Below, piece after piece: positions 10,701 through 17,686 of a DNA stretch of 32,000 nucleotides (position 1 is the first letter of the stretch; each line of letters opens with the position of its first letter). The DNA lies in NCBI GenBank assembly GCA_963663995.1, contig OY760660.1, positions 240,001 to 272,000 of the forward strand, written 5' to 3'. Both the position numbers and the translations under genes were made by a program. The notes under the pieces were generated by a model. The model did not search any database and was not told the origin of the DNA. It saw nothing but the letters and a program-made list of their open reading frames with translations. Source of the stretch: Erysipelotrichaceae bacterium (GTDB lineage Bacteria > Bacillota_I > Bacilli_A > Erysipelotrichales > Erysipelotrichaceae).

Positions 10701-12777
10701 AACGATTATTGATAATACATACAATGATCGTGGTGAATTGACTCAAAGTCATCAAACAGAAGGACTAAGAGAGACAATCTACTCTTATCAAAGTAATATC
10801 TTTGGCAATAAGAGTCATTTAACTGAATATTATTATGATGGTGATCTCGTCTTTAGTGAATCCACCAGCATGACCTATAACCATCTCAATCAACTTGAGA
10901 CTTCGATTACATCAGGTGTGACTACAAACTACAGTTATGATGATTATGGTAACCTCATTGAAGAGAATGATGGAACCCATAGTATTACCTATACCTATGA
11001 CTTAAATAACAAGTTGATAGGTGTAGTCGATGGTTCTAGTAGCTTAAGTTTCATTTATGATGGAGCAGGTAATCGATTAAGTAAGGTTGTTGATAGTATA
11101 CAAGTTGACTATGTCAATGACATCACTGAAGACAATACCAATGTCTTAAGTTATCAAGTAGACTCAGCTACTACAAACCTTGTCTATGGCAATGAATTAC
11201 TCAGTGAAAACAGTGTTTTCTATTTAAGCGATGCTTATGGGAATATTGTTCAACATGGAAGTGAATCCTATGCTTATGATCCTTATGGATCACTTACTCA
11301 AGGAAGTATTGATAGTATTAATGAAGTCGGGTACAAAGGTGAAGTACATGATACCAGTGATTTACAATACCTAAGAGCTAGAACCTATAGTACCAAACTT
11401 CATCAGTTCCTAAGTGAAGATACCTATACAGGTCAAGCAGGATCACCACTCTCACAAAACAGATACCTCTTTGCGATGAATAATCCATTTAAGTATTCTG
11501 ATCCTAGTGGGCATTACTTTGTGGAAGAGGATGTTGTCTTAACAGGAACACAAACAGCTCAAGCGATTCAAACGTCGTATGCAAAAGCAAATCCAACCTT
11601 TGATTACGCAGTAACTACACCAGTTACAACAACAACGACCACAAACGTTGTAAGTAATACAGTTTACAATCCAGTAAATTACACTAGCCCAGTCATAACA
11701 AGTTCCGGTTCTATTTATGCACAATCACAAGCAGGACCAACCTATTCTGGTTATAACAATTATCAATTACTACATTCTTATCCAACCAATGTATCAAATA
11801 CAAAGTCAGCTACAGCCCAAAGAGATAAGAATGTTGTAGAGAAACTTATTGAATTTGAAAACGATGCTAACCATGCATCAATCGCAAAAGGAACATTGAA
11901 TGTTATTGCAGGTGTTGTTGGTGTAGGTATTGGAATCATTGCGCTAGCAGGAATCGCAGCGGCTACATTGACAGCTGCGCCAGCCATTATTTTGGCTTCT
12001 GCTGCTGTTGGTTCAATTGCTTATGGAACATCGAATACCGTTGAAGGCATTAATCAAATCAAGCTTGGAACACAAGGTAAAGGAAGTGAAAGAGCCTTTA
12101 ATCCATTACGAGATACTGTGTTTAAAGACAACGAAGGTCTATATAACGCTATTGGAATAGTCAGCACATTACTTACTTCTGGGGGTTTATCTGCGATAAG
12201 TGAAGGAGGAAATCTTGCATCTGTAGCTTCTAGTGTTATGATGAATACAACTAAACAAGTAGCTACCGGTTCTGTTTCAATAGGTATAGGAAAAGTCGCT
12301 GAAGAGGTTACAGGAAGTAAGACAATTGGCTTTGCGACAGGCTTGATAACTGCAGCTATTGCATATCCTCAGATTAGCAAGGGCATGGATAAAGCAGTTA
12401 GTGCAATTAGTGTATTTAAAGAAAAAGTTGCTAATGCGAATATTATATTTGAAAGCAACACTACAACGAGTATAGGTTTTGATAGTTTCAATGATGCTAA
12501 AAAATTCTTAGGTTCACCAGGGGTGGGTAATCAATGGCATCATATCGTGGAACAATCACAAATACAAAAGTCAGGCTTCGCAACACAATTAATCCAAAAC
12601 ACAGATAATCTTATCCCTGTCGATAAAGCTACTCATGCAAACATAAGTGGATACTATTCTTCAAAGCAAGTGTTTACAGGAGGGAAAACAGTTAGAAACT
12701 GGTTGATTGGACAAAGTTACGAAAAGCAATTTGAGTTTGGAATACAAAAACTAATAGATTTCGGGGTATTTAAATAA
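7786..12777 (+). CDS. RHS/YD-repeat polymorphic toxin, apparently 5'-truncated, with a C-terminal WHH-type HNH/EndoVII nuclease domain
   Basis: Dozens of YD repeats (YxYDxxGN/R). RHS repeat-associated core ends with LQYLRARTYSTKLHQFLSEDTY...NRYLFAMNNPFKYSDPSGH (DPSGH at 11500-11514). Then an S/T-rich linker, a Gly/Ala-rich hydrophobic module, and the terminal GNQWHHIVEQ...THANISGYY (WHH at 12535-12543). The frame is open from 7492 and YD-repeat sequence already starts near 7531, upstream of the first Met at 7786. No signal peptide or N-terminal domain. Confidence 0.85.
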   Translation: MSDVLDANLEKATATTQYEYDAANRLIAEIDPYGKQTLTEYDGMGRILTITTKAPNTVDILEVAYQYDENGNVIEKTESGAVSTYVYNELNELIEEITPTSLHIFYTYDRNHRLISTAKTSSEVYNAEASDLRVTSQKYDYLGRLVDSMDELGRHQLIRYDAYGNVNASISYDGQFVRNTYSANNQLEISIDARGNKTEYHYNELNQLVSIIDDEGNISRFVYDALGNIIQSENALGEIQSFEVDMYGNITRQVDALGHVITSSYGPQSLLKEQITFDSEQNELLRTIYTYDLLNRLIKEKTIYTNPLTNSQEITVVQNMYDILGDMVKHVDARNYETSYVYNFAHQVMQIDYPNGLKVQNTYDQDTKLLIETKKIDTTLVNSDRINQFEYNAFGEIIQETYANNSFKTNDYGHAGELLSESFSNDDLVSSSDDYIKTYQYDENGRLVGISDNANYNESTDTYASQTLELRTYNSFGDLASVTTQSGLVTEYSYDHFGRKIEERVKDVLVETSVNGSLVSSTQDLTTSYSYDKLSRVTQMVYPNGLTESSVYDASGNILSKSSSDNITTKTESYVYDALNHPIKVIYANLDETNSIYNALGQLVKTITTSGESTIYTYDTNGNLIKKEIFTSNDQLAQKTEYVYDGMNQLTQTKELRVVDSIESYALTTNTYNVFGDLESVQDPKGYLVEYAYDEMGNQIKITYASENEINMTYTASGLLSEKTYSTKNTDPFNLFTSHEVYTYLIDGKLASFSDNPPTSSSESHKSVVYSYENGVLSQVETKLSSMSGTLETITNCDRVSYSYDALGRVTTMSDLNGHTSTHYDAQGNISGVERINETVQLDLNFNEVSRSTTSSSLVQYTYDKWGNQTSIIYPDASSVTKTYDVMNRLTSVSDGVDVTSYVYDNQNQTVTETHLDGSQKVTSYQLGKTISVVSSHYDAFYDTQIVDFSQILTYDTQQNVIHEERLQNGETTIIDNTYNDRGELTQSHQTEGLRETIYSYQSNIFGNKSHLTEYYYDGDLVFSESTSMTYNHLNQLETSITSGVTTNYSYDDYGNLIEENDGTHSITYTYDLNNKLIGVVDGSSSLSFIYDGAGNRLSKVVDSIQVDYVNDITEDNTNVLSYQVDSATTNLVYGNELLSENSVFYLSDAYGNIVQHGSESYAYDPYGSLTQGSIDSINEVGYKGEVHDTSDLQYLRARTYSTKLHQFLSEDTYTGQAGSPLSQNRYLFAMNNPFKYSDPSGHYFVEEDVVLTGTQTAQAIQTSYAKANPTFDYAVTTPVTTTTTTNVVSNTVYNPVNYTSPVITSSGSIYAQSQAGPTYSGYNNYQLLHSYPTNVSNTKSATAQRDKNVVEKLIEFENDANHASIAKGTLNVIAGVVGVGIGIIALAGIAAATLTAAPAIILASAAVGSIAYGTSNTVEGINQIKLGTQGKGSERAFNPLRDTVFKDNEGLYNAIGIVSTLLTSGGLSAISEGGNLASVASSVMMNTTKQVATGSVSIGIGKVAEEVTGSKTIGFATGLITAAIAYPQISKGMDKAVSAISVFKEKVANANIIFESNTTTSIGFDSFNDAKKFLGSPGVGNQWHHIVEQSQIQKSGFATQLIQNTDNLIPVDKATHANISGYYSSKQVFTGGKTVRNWLIGQSYEKQFEFGIQKLIDFGVFK
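10745..11585 (+). repeat. Copy 1 of a 0.84-kb direct repeat (3' part of the RHS core)
   Basis: Collinear with 13415-14255 (offset 2670). I counted 4 mismatches in the first ~520 bp, with mismatches much denser towards the 3' end. Confidence 0.9.
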
Positions 12778-13136
12778 TGAAAGATATCAAAAATATAATT
12801 GACGAATACCGAAATAATGCTGTCTTACACTGGAATGCATCACGTGATGGAAATTATAAAGCTGCTAACAAAAGTTATTCGAAGTTAACCAAAATATATA
12901 AACAATTGATTCAAAGTGAGAAACTAGGTGATAATATTTTATTAAATTTACTAAATGATCAGAATTTTGCTGTTCAATTATGGGCAGCCTCACATTGTCT
13001 TGCATTAGAAAAATCAAAAGAAGTTGCAGTTCAAAAGTTAGAATTTATTTCTAAAATGAATCCAAATGAAGCACCAAGTTTTGAAGCAAGAATGGTACTG
13101 AATGAATGGCGAGAAAAAGGTAGATTGACTTTTTAA
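12777..13136 (+). CDS. Cognate immunity protein candidate for the WHH nuclease tip (DUF2019/HEAT-like helical protein)
   Basis: The start overlaps the toxin stop (TAATG). 119 aa and all-helical. The pattern RDGNYKAANKSYSKL...LLNDQNFAVQLWAASHCL...EARMVLNEWREKG resembles DUF2019-type immunity proteins as I recall them. Confidence 0.6.
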   Translation: MKDIKNIIDEYRNNAVLHWNASRDGNYKAANKSYSKLTKIYKQLIQSEKLGDNILLNLLNDQNFAVQLWAASHCLALEKSKEVAVQKLEFISKMNPNEAPSFEARMVLNEWREKGRLTF

Positions 13137-13296
13137 GTGATGAACTTTTTAGTAATTGGTGCAAATATTGCCGTTAAAATTGCACATAAGATTTTTTCAA
13201 AATCAAAAGGAGTTTGACTTGGTTGTCTGGTTAAACCTTTGAAACACAATGTGCGTCTGGAATGAATGTTTTAAAGCAATTTGAGTTAACGAAGTG

Positions 13297-13416
13297 ATGA
13301 AACTAATAAGTAAAGCAGCTGCCATTGAACTGTATATTTCAAGTTGTAAAATTATGTATGAAGTAACTTTAACAGGTGATTATAAAGCAAATAATAGGGA
13401 AGGTAAAAAATATTAA
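13297..13416 (+). pseudogene. Truncated paralogue of the immunity gene (39 codons)
   Basis: MKLISKAAAIELYISSCKIMYEVTLTGDYKANNREGKKY*. TGDYKANNR aligns with DGNYKAANK of the 12777 immunity protein. The ORF stops exactly where the RHS repeat copy 2 begins. Confidence 0.4.
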
Positions 13417-14255
13417 AGTCATCAAACAGAAGGACTCAGAGAGACAATCTATTCTTATCAAAGCAATATCTTTGGCAATAAGAGTCATTTAACTGAATAT
13501 TATTATGATGGTGATCTCGTCTTTAGTGAATCCACCAGCATGACCTATAACCATCTCAATCAACTTGAGACTTCGATTACATCAGGTGTGACTACAAACT
13601 ACAGTTATGATGATTATGGAAACCTCATTGAAGAGAATGATGGAACCCATAGTATTACCTATACCTATGACTTAAATAACAAGTTGATAGGTGTAGTCGA
13701 TGGTTCTAGTAGCTTAAGTTTCATTTATGATGGAGCAGGTAATCGATTAAGTAAGGTTGTTGATAGTATACAAGTTGACTATGTCAATGACATCACTGAA
13801 GACAATACCAATGTCTTAAGTTATCAAGTAGACTCAGCTACTACAAACCTTGTCTATGGCAATGAATTACTCAGTGAAAACAGTGTTTTCTATTTAAGCG
13901 ATGCTTATGGGAATATTGTTCAACATGGAAGTGAATCCTATGCTTATGACCCTTATGGAGCACTCACTGAAGGAAGTATTGATAGTGTTAATGAAGTCGG
14001 GTACAAAGGTGAAGTACATGATACCAGTGATTTACAATACCTAAGAGCTAGAACCTATAGTACCAAACTTCATCAATTCCTAACTGAAGATACCTATACT
14101 GGTCAAGCAGGATCACCGCTCTCACAAAACAGATACATCTTTGCATTAAACAATCCATTTAAGTATTCTGATCCTACTGGGCATTACTTTGTGGAAGAGG
14201 ATGTTGTCTTAACAGGTTCACAAACAGCTCAAGCAATTCAAAATTCATATGAAAA
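13415..14255 (+). repeat. Copy 2 of the 0.84-kb direct repeat (5' part of the orphan RHS cassette)
   Basis: See 10745-11585. A TAA at 13414-13416 immediately precedes the homologous reading frame. Confidence 0.9.
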
Positions 14256-15642
14256 GGCAACAAGCTCTACAAGTACAAATTCAGGTGCACCTTTGTATGA
14301 TGATTTAGCTCCAACTATTAGACCACCTAAGATTGATAGTGCACCACCACTACTGCCTGGACCTATTTATCTAGCATCACAAGCACTTTTATATGACGAT
14401 TTAGAATATCAAGTTGTTAAATCAAGTCCTGTATTACCTAATAATCAGTCTTATATGTTGAATTACATTAGTCCTGAAACTTTTCAACAAGTTACAGAAT
14501 ATAAACGAAGTTCTATGAGTATTCAAACTGACCCGTATAATACGTATAATGGATATGTTGATTACAAAGGGAACATGACCCGTGAACAACAGAAAATCTA
14601 TGAACAAACATTGAATCCAGCAGCTGCTTTTGATCAATGGAAGAACGAAGATGTTAATCGAAAAGCGATTTTTGATGGGATTGAAACAGTTGTAGGTGGA
14701 GTCGTTACAGCAGCAGTAGGTGTTGGAACCATATTGGGTGCAGCCACTGCAGCACCCATCATCGCAACAATTGTTGGCATCGCTGGTGTTGGTAGTTTAT
14801 TATATGGATTATCAAATGCTTTTGAAGGAATACACAAGCTTAGCTTAGGTTTAAATGGACATGGTGGAGACAGGTCATTTAATCTAATAAGAGACACGTT
14901 GTTCTTAGGAAATAGTGATTTATATCTTTTAGTAGGAGCGACAACTACTTTATTCTCAGCAAGTGGGCTTGGCGCGATTGCGGGTGGTGCAACTAGTGGA
15001 ATGAAGTTTGCTACTAGTGTACTAACACAATTAACGAAGTTTTCAGCAACTGGTGCTTTGTCCATTGGAGTAGGTTCAGTTGTTGAAGCGGCAAGTAAGA
15101 GTGAAACACTAGGTAAATTCGCAGCAATTACAACCGCTATTAAAACCTATCCACACATAAGCAAGGGTATAGATAAAGCAATAAGTGTTGTGAGTGATGT
15201 TGCATCAAATATCTCAAGTTATGTGAATGCTAATAAGGTCAATTCAAAAAATGATTTATATACAGGAGTTAAAGAAGCATCAGAATTTCTCAAGTCACAA
15301 AATGTTCCACGTGATTATAGAAAGCAGATTCTCGAATCATTTGATGTACGAACCATAAAAATGGAAACTGCTGGTGACTCAACTTATGGTATTAGATTTT
15401 ATGGTGGAAATGCTCAAGCAAAAGGTAGATACTTATTTGAAACTTTTTCAAATACGACAAATAGAAATAACTTAGCATTACCTAATCAGTTTAATACTAT
15501 GACAGGATTACAACAATTTCAGGTTAAAAGCGGAACGCAAATGATTACAGGAAATACAGCACCGCAACTACAGTATGGTTCTCAATATTTAGGAGGAGCT
15601 AAGCAATGGTACATAAGCAATTTGGAGGCATTATTAAAATGA
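13540..15642 (+). CDS. Orphan RHS C-terminal cassette: RHS core end, hydrophobic pre-toxin module and an alternative toxin tip (TNT/NADase-like?)
   Basis: RHS-homologous frame is open from 13417, with the first Met at 13540 and no RBS. DPTGH at 14170-14184. The sequence diverges from the main gene after about 14255. C-terminal ~130 aa: YGIRFYGGNAQAKGRYLFE...RNNLALP...FQVKSGTQMITGNTAPQLQYGSQYLGGAKQWY. Confidence 0.8.
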   Translation: MTYNHLNQLETSITSGVTTNYSYDDYGNLIEENDGTHSITYTYDLNNKLIGVVDGSSSLSFIYDGAGNRLSKVVDSIQVDYVNDITEDNTNVLSYQVDSATTNLVYGNELLSENSVFYLSDAYGNIVQHGSESYAYDPYGALTEGSIDSVNEVGYKGEVHDTSDLQYLRARTYSTKLHQFLTEDTYTGQAGSPLSQNRYIFALNNPFKYSDPTGHYFVEEDVVLTGSQTAQAIQNSYEKATSSTSTNSGAPLYDDLAPTIRPPKIDSAPPLLPGPIYLASQALLYDDLEYQVVKSSPVLPNNQSYMLNYISPETFQQVTEYKRSSMSIQTDPYNTYNGYVDYKGNMTREQQKIYEQTLNPAAAFDQWKNEDVNRKAIFDGIETVVGGVVTAAVGVGTILGAATAAPIIATIVGIAGVGSLLYGLSNAFEGIHKLSLGLNGHGGDRSFNLIRDTLFLGNSDLYLLVGATTTLFSASGLGAIAGGATSGMKFATSVLTQLTKFSATGALSIGVGSVVEAASKSETLGKFAAITTAIKTYPHISKGIDKAISVVSDVASNISSYVNANKVNSKNDLYTGVKEASEFLKSQNVPRDYRKQILESFDVRTIKMETAGDSTYGIRFYGGNAQAKGRYLFETFSNTTNRNNLALPNQFNTMTGLQQFQVKSGTQMITGNTAPQLQYGSQYLGGAKQWYISNLEALLK

Positions 15643-15917
15643 TAAACGAGAAAGAATTTGGAGATAAGTATTTAGAATTAATTCAAATTGTTGAAAACGA
15701 ATTAGATTTAGTAAATAAAGGTTTGAATAAGAGATCAAGTCAACAACTAAAAACTATAATAATTGATTTGAAAAAAATGAATATTATCAAGGATTTAAAT
15801 CAATTTATGCCAAGTTATCCTAGATTTATTGTAGATTCTTGGGATTTTGACGATTTGCTAGGCATAGAATTACTAAAATTCTATGAACTCTATAAAAAAA
15901 TACAAATTAATAACTAG
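15639..15917 (+). CDS. Candidate immunity protein for the orphan toxin tip
   Basis: ATG overlaps the toxin stop (ATGA at 15639-15642), with GGAGG at 15624-15628. 92 aa, small and helical. The ORF-track start at 15606 lies inside the toxin gene. Confidence 0.6.
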   Translation: MINEKEFGDKYLELIQIVENELDLVNKGLNKRSSQQLKTIIIDLKKMNIIKDLNQFMPSYPRFIVDSWDFDDLLGIELLKFYELYKKIQINN

Positions 15918-16211
15918 ACAAGTAAGTAAAGACACTTATAAATAATTTATTCTAAGTGCACACTGAACAAAAAATATGGTAATACCGATTTGTTGTCGAT
16001 ATGTTTAGAACCTCAAAAATGTCAATTTGATGTATGTTTGAAATTCTTAGAAGGAGTATTATCAAATCAACAGAAAATTGAAATCACAAGTTGAACTGTG
16101 GTGGAAAACATGAATGGTTATTGTTACCATATACATAGATTTGTTGCCTTATATAGAACTAACAAAACTATATTACTCTTAGGTAACAATATGTCTATCA
16201 AACTTTTCGAA

Positions 16212-16341
16212 CCCCTAGTCCTCCCCTAGTTTTGATATGGGAAGCTGCGGGAAGATTTGGGACGAAATGGCATGAAATGGTAGAGTTTGGGAAGCTTTGA
16301 TGTGTGTGGTTCGATTCCTGTCAAGCGAACCTGCGATTCCT
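16212..16341 (+). repeat. Cluster of short direct repeats at ~10-11 bp spacing plus a T-loop-like remnant
   Basis: CCCCTAGT x2 (16212, 16223). GGGAAG x3 (16239, 16249, 16289). GAAATGG x2 (16264, 16274). CGATTCCT x2 (16312, 16334). GGTTCGATTCC at 16308-16318. Confidence 0.6.
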
Positions 16342-16439
16342 AATTTGAATATGACTAATAAGAAATCTCGTTTAAATTCATAAAACAATCTTTTCTACAT
16401 ACATTTTAATTTTAATATTAAAATATTAGCAATAAAGAA

Positions 16440-16461
16440 ATCGTAACAAAATCGTAACAAA
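16440..16461 (+). repeat. Tandem 11-bp repeat ATCGTAACAAA x2
   Basis: Perfect tandem copies at 16440-16450 and 16451-16461, followed by AAATAAAGAAAATAAAGAAA. Confidence 0.7.
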
Positions 16462-16722
16462 ATCTTATGAAAATAAAGAAAATAAAGAAAAAAAGCCCAA
16501 AAAAGAGGCTAAAAACGAATGATTTTGAAAGAAAAACAATAGAAATAAGGAAAATGGAGAATCCCTCTGAGGACGTGTTGAAAAGGAATTTGTATAGTTT
16601 TTTACATATTTGATTTTTTGATAAACAATATTTATTCTCGTACCTTATCAAGTTCATTATTTAAAAACCGAATTATTTGTCATTACAATAAAGTTATATG
16701 GTACAATTTCATAAAATAGAAG

Positions 16723-17223
16723 ATGAGAAATTGGTTAACAGATAAAATACCAGAAGAAGGATATGAATACAAAGGCTGTTCAGATATTCGAAATATTTTC
16801 GATGAGTGTATGTATGATTATTCAGAATTTAATGGCAAAATTTGTGATATATGTGAAACAAATATAGGGTTTATTTCACATCGTTTTTTTCATCCAATGC
16901 ATATATTAAGTGTACATTCATGTCATAGTTGTGCACAAAAGATTTTGGGTGATTCAAAAATACTTATAGAAAATGAAAAAGAGCAAAATAGAATATATGA
17001 TTTAAAAGTTAAATTTTTAAAACTTGATGGACAAGAAAAACCTAATGGAAATATTGTGATTAACTATGAGGGTAAGATAATAACCATTATGAAAAGCAAA
17101 TATAGTAATGGATATGGAGTAGTTTACAATAATAATTTTATTTGGAAATACTCTGGTAAAACTATTAAAAATATAGAAGTTGCAAAATTAGTTGCATTTA
17201 AGAAATTTATAATTTATGAGTAA
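16723..17223 (+). CDS. Cys/His-rich hypothetical protein (possible zinc-binding)
   Basis: 166 aa with CDICE (C-x2-C) and CHSC (C-x2-C) pairs. No family recognised. Last gene of island 1. Confidence 0.4.
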   Translation: MRNWLTDKIPEEGYEYKGCSDIRNIFDECMYDYSEFNGKICDICETNIGFISHRFFHPMHILSVHSCHSCAQKILGDSKILIENEKEQNRIYDLKVKFLKLDGQEKPNGNIVINYEGKIITIMKSKYSNGYGVVYNNNFIWKYSGKTIKNIEVAKLVAFKKFIIYE

Positions 17224-17252
17224 TTCTGAAAGATTATTTAGTGTTTTAAAAA

Positions 17253-17270
17253 AGTGCAACAAAGTGCAAC
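17253..17270 (+). repeat. Paired AGTGCAAC direct repeats (right arm of island 1)
   Basis: AGTGCAAC at 17253-17260 and 17263-17270, about 105 bp before the att copy. Matches the pair at 5981-6000. Confidence 0.5.
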
Positions 17271-17373
17271 ACCAAACCCTTTCTTTAGTTTCTTTTATTT
17301 GTTTTTATTTCATAAAGTGTCTTAAAAATTACCTTATTTTTAATAAAAAATGTTATTTGTGGTTGGTGTAGTA

Positions 17374-17390
17374 TCCCATCATCCGCTCCA
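17374..17390 (+). repeat. att core copy 2 (17/17 identical to the tRNA-Gly 3' end)
   Basis: TCCCATCATCCGCTCCA, followed by the hairpin AAGCCC-ATAAAA-GGGCTT plus a T-run (17401-17423). Confidence 0.9.
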
Positions 17391-17474
17391 TATGACATTT
17401 AAGCCCATAAAAGGGCTTTTTTTGTTGTAAAATCGAGTAAAACTATATAAAATTCTATAAAATTTAAATCTATA

Positions 17475-17502
17475 TGACCCAGTTGGGTCATATCTGGGTC
17501 AC
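17475..17502. repeat. CTGGGTCA motifs, left arm of islet 2
   Basis: TGACCCAG (inverted, 17475-17482), TTGGGTCA (17483-17490), CTGGGTCAC (17494-17502). Confidence 0.6.
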
Positions 17503-17686
17503 AGAGATAACTCAAAATCATATTTTATCTAACATTTTTATATTATATTAGTGAAATATGATTAAATATTAACTTGTCTTTACAATGTTGAGACTATTAA
17601 TTAACAATAGATTCATTAAGTAAAATTTTATAGGAATGATGCTATAATTTAATTGTTATTACAAATAGTTGTTTTGGGGGTATTCA

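Larger units (their letters stand above)
5916..17390. mobile_element. Integrative island 1 at tRNA-Gly (integrase, RHS toxin/immunity cassettes)
   Basis: Bounded by identical 17-bp direct repeats TCCCATCATCCGCTCCA (5916-5932 and 17374-17390). The integrase gene is adjacent to the tRNA and reads towards it. Paired AAAGTGCAAC motifs lie just inside both ends. Confidence 0.75.

Noticed and set aside
8264-15065. Nested or antisense ORFs inside the RHS genes (8264-8494, 8674-8880, 11539-11724, 11778-11987, 14434-14637, 14634-15065)
   Set aside because: All lie within the long YD-repeat/toxin reading frames. The Gly/Ala-rich region on the sense strand yields stop-poor antisense frames by composition alone. 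None has start or RBS support.
15942-16097. 50-codon stop-free frame (…GNTDLLSICLEPQKCQFDVCLKFLEGVLSNQQKIEITS*) after the orphan immunity gene
   Set aside because: It has no start codon or RBS and I recognise no similarity. It may be another gene remnant, but the evidence is too thin to annotate.
16300-16330. Possible tRNA or tRNA fragment (GGTTCGATTCC T-loop-like sequence)
   Set aside because: The flanking bases do not form a T-stem or acceptor stem and no upstream cloverleaf exists. At best it is a partial 3'-end remnant, which is discussed as a low-confidence finding.
16418-16657. 79-aa ORF on the minus strand
   Set aside because: It reads through the tandem ATCGTAACAAA and AAATAAAGAAA repeats, giving a Phe/Leu/Ile-rich artefact. 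No RBS. Treated as non-coding repeat DNA.
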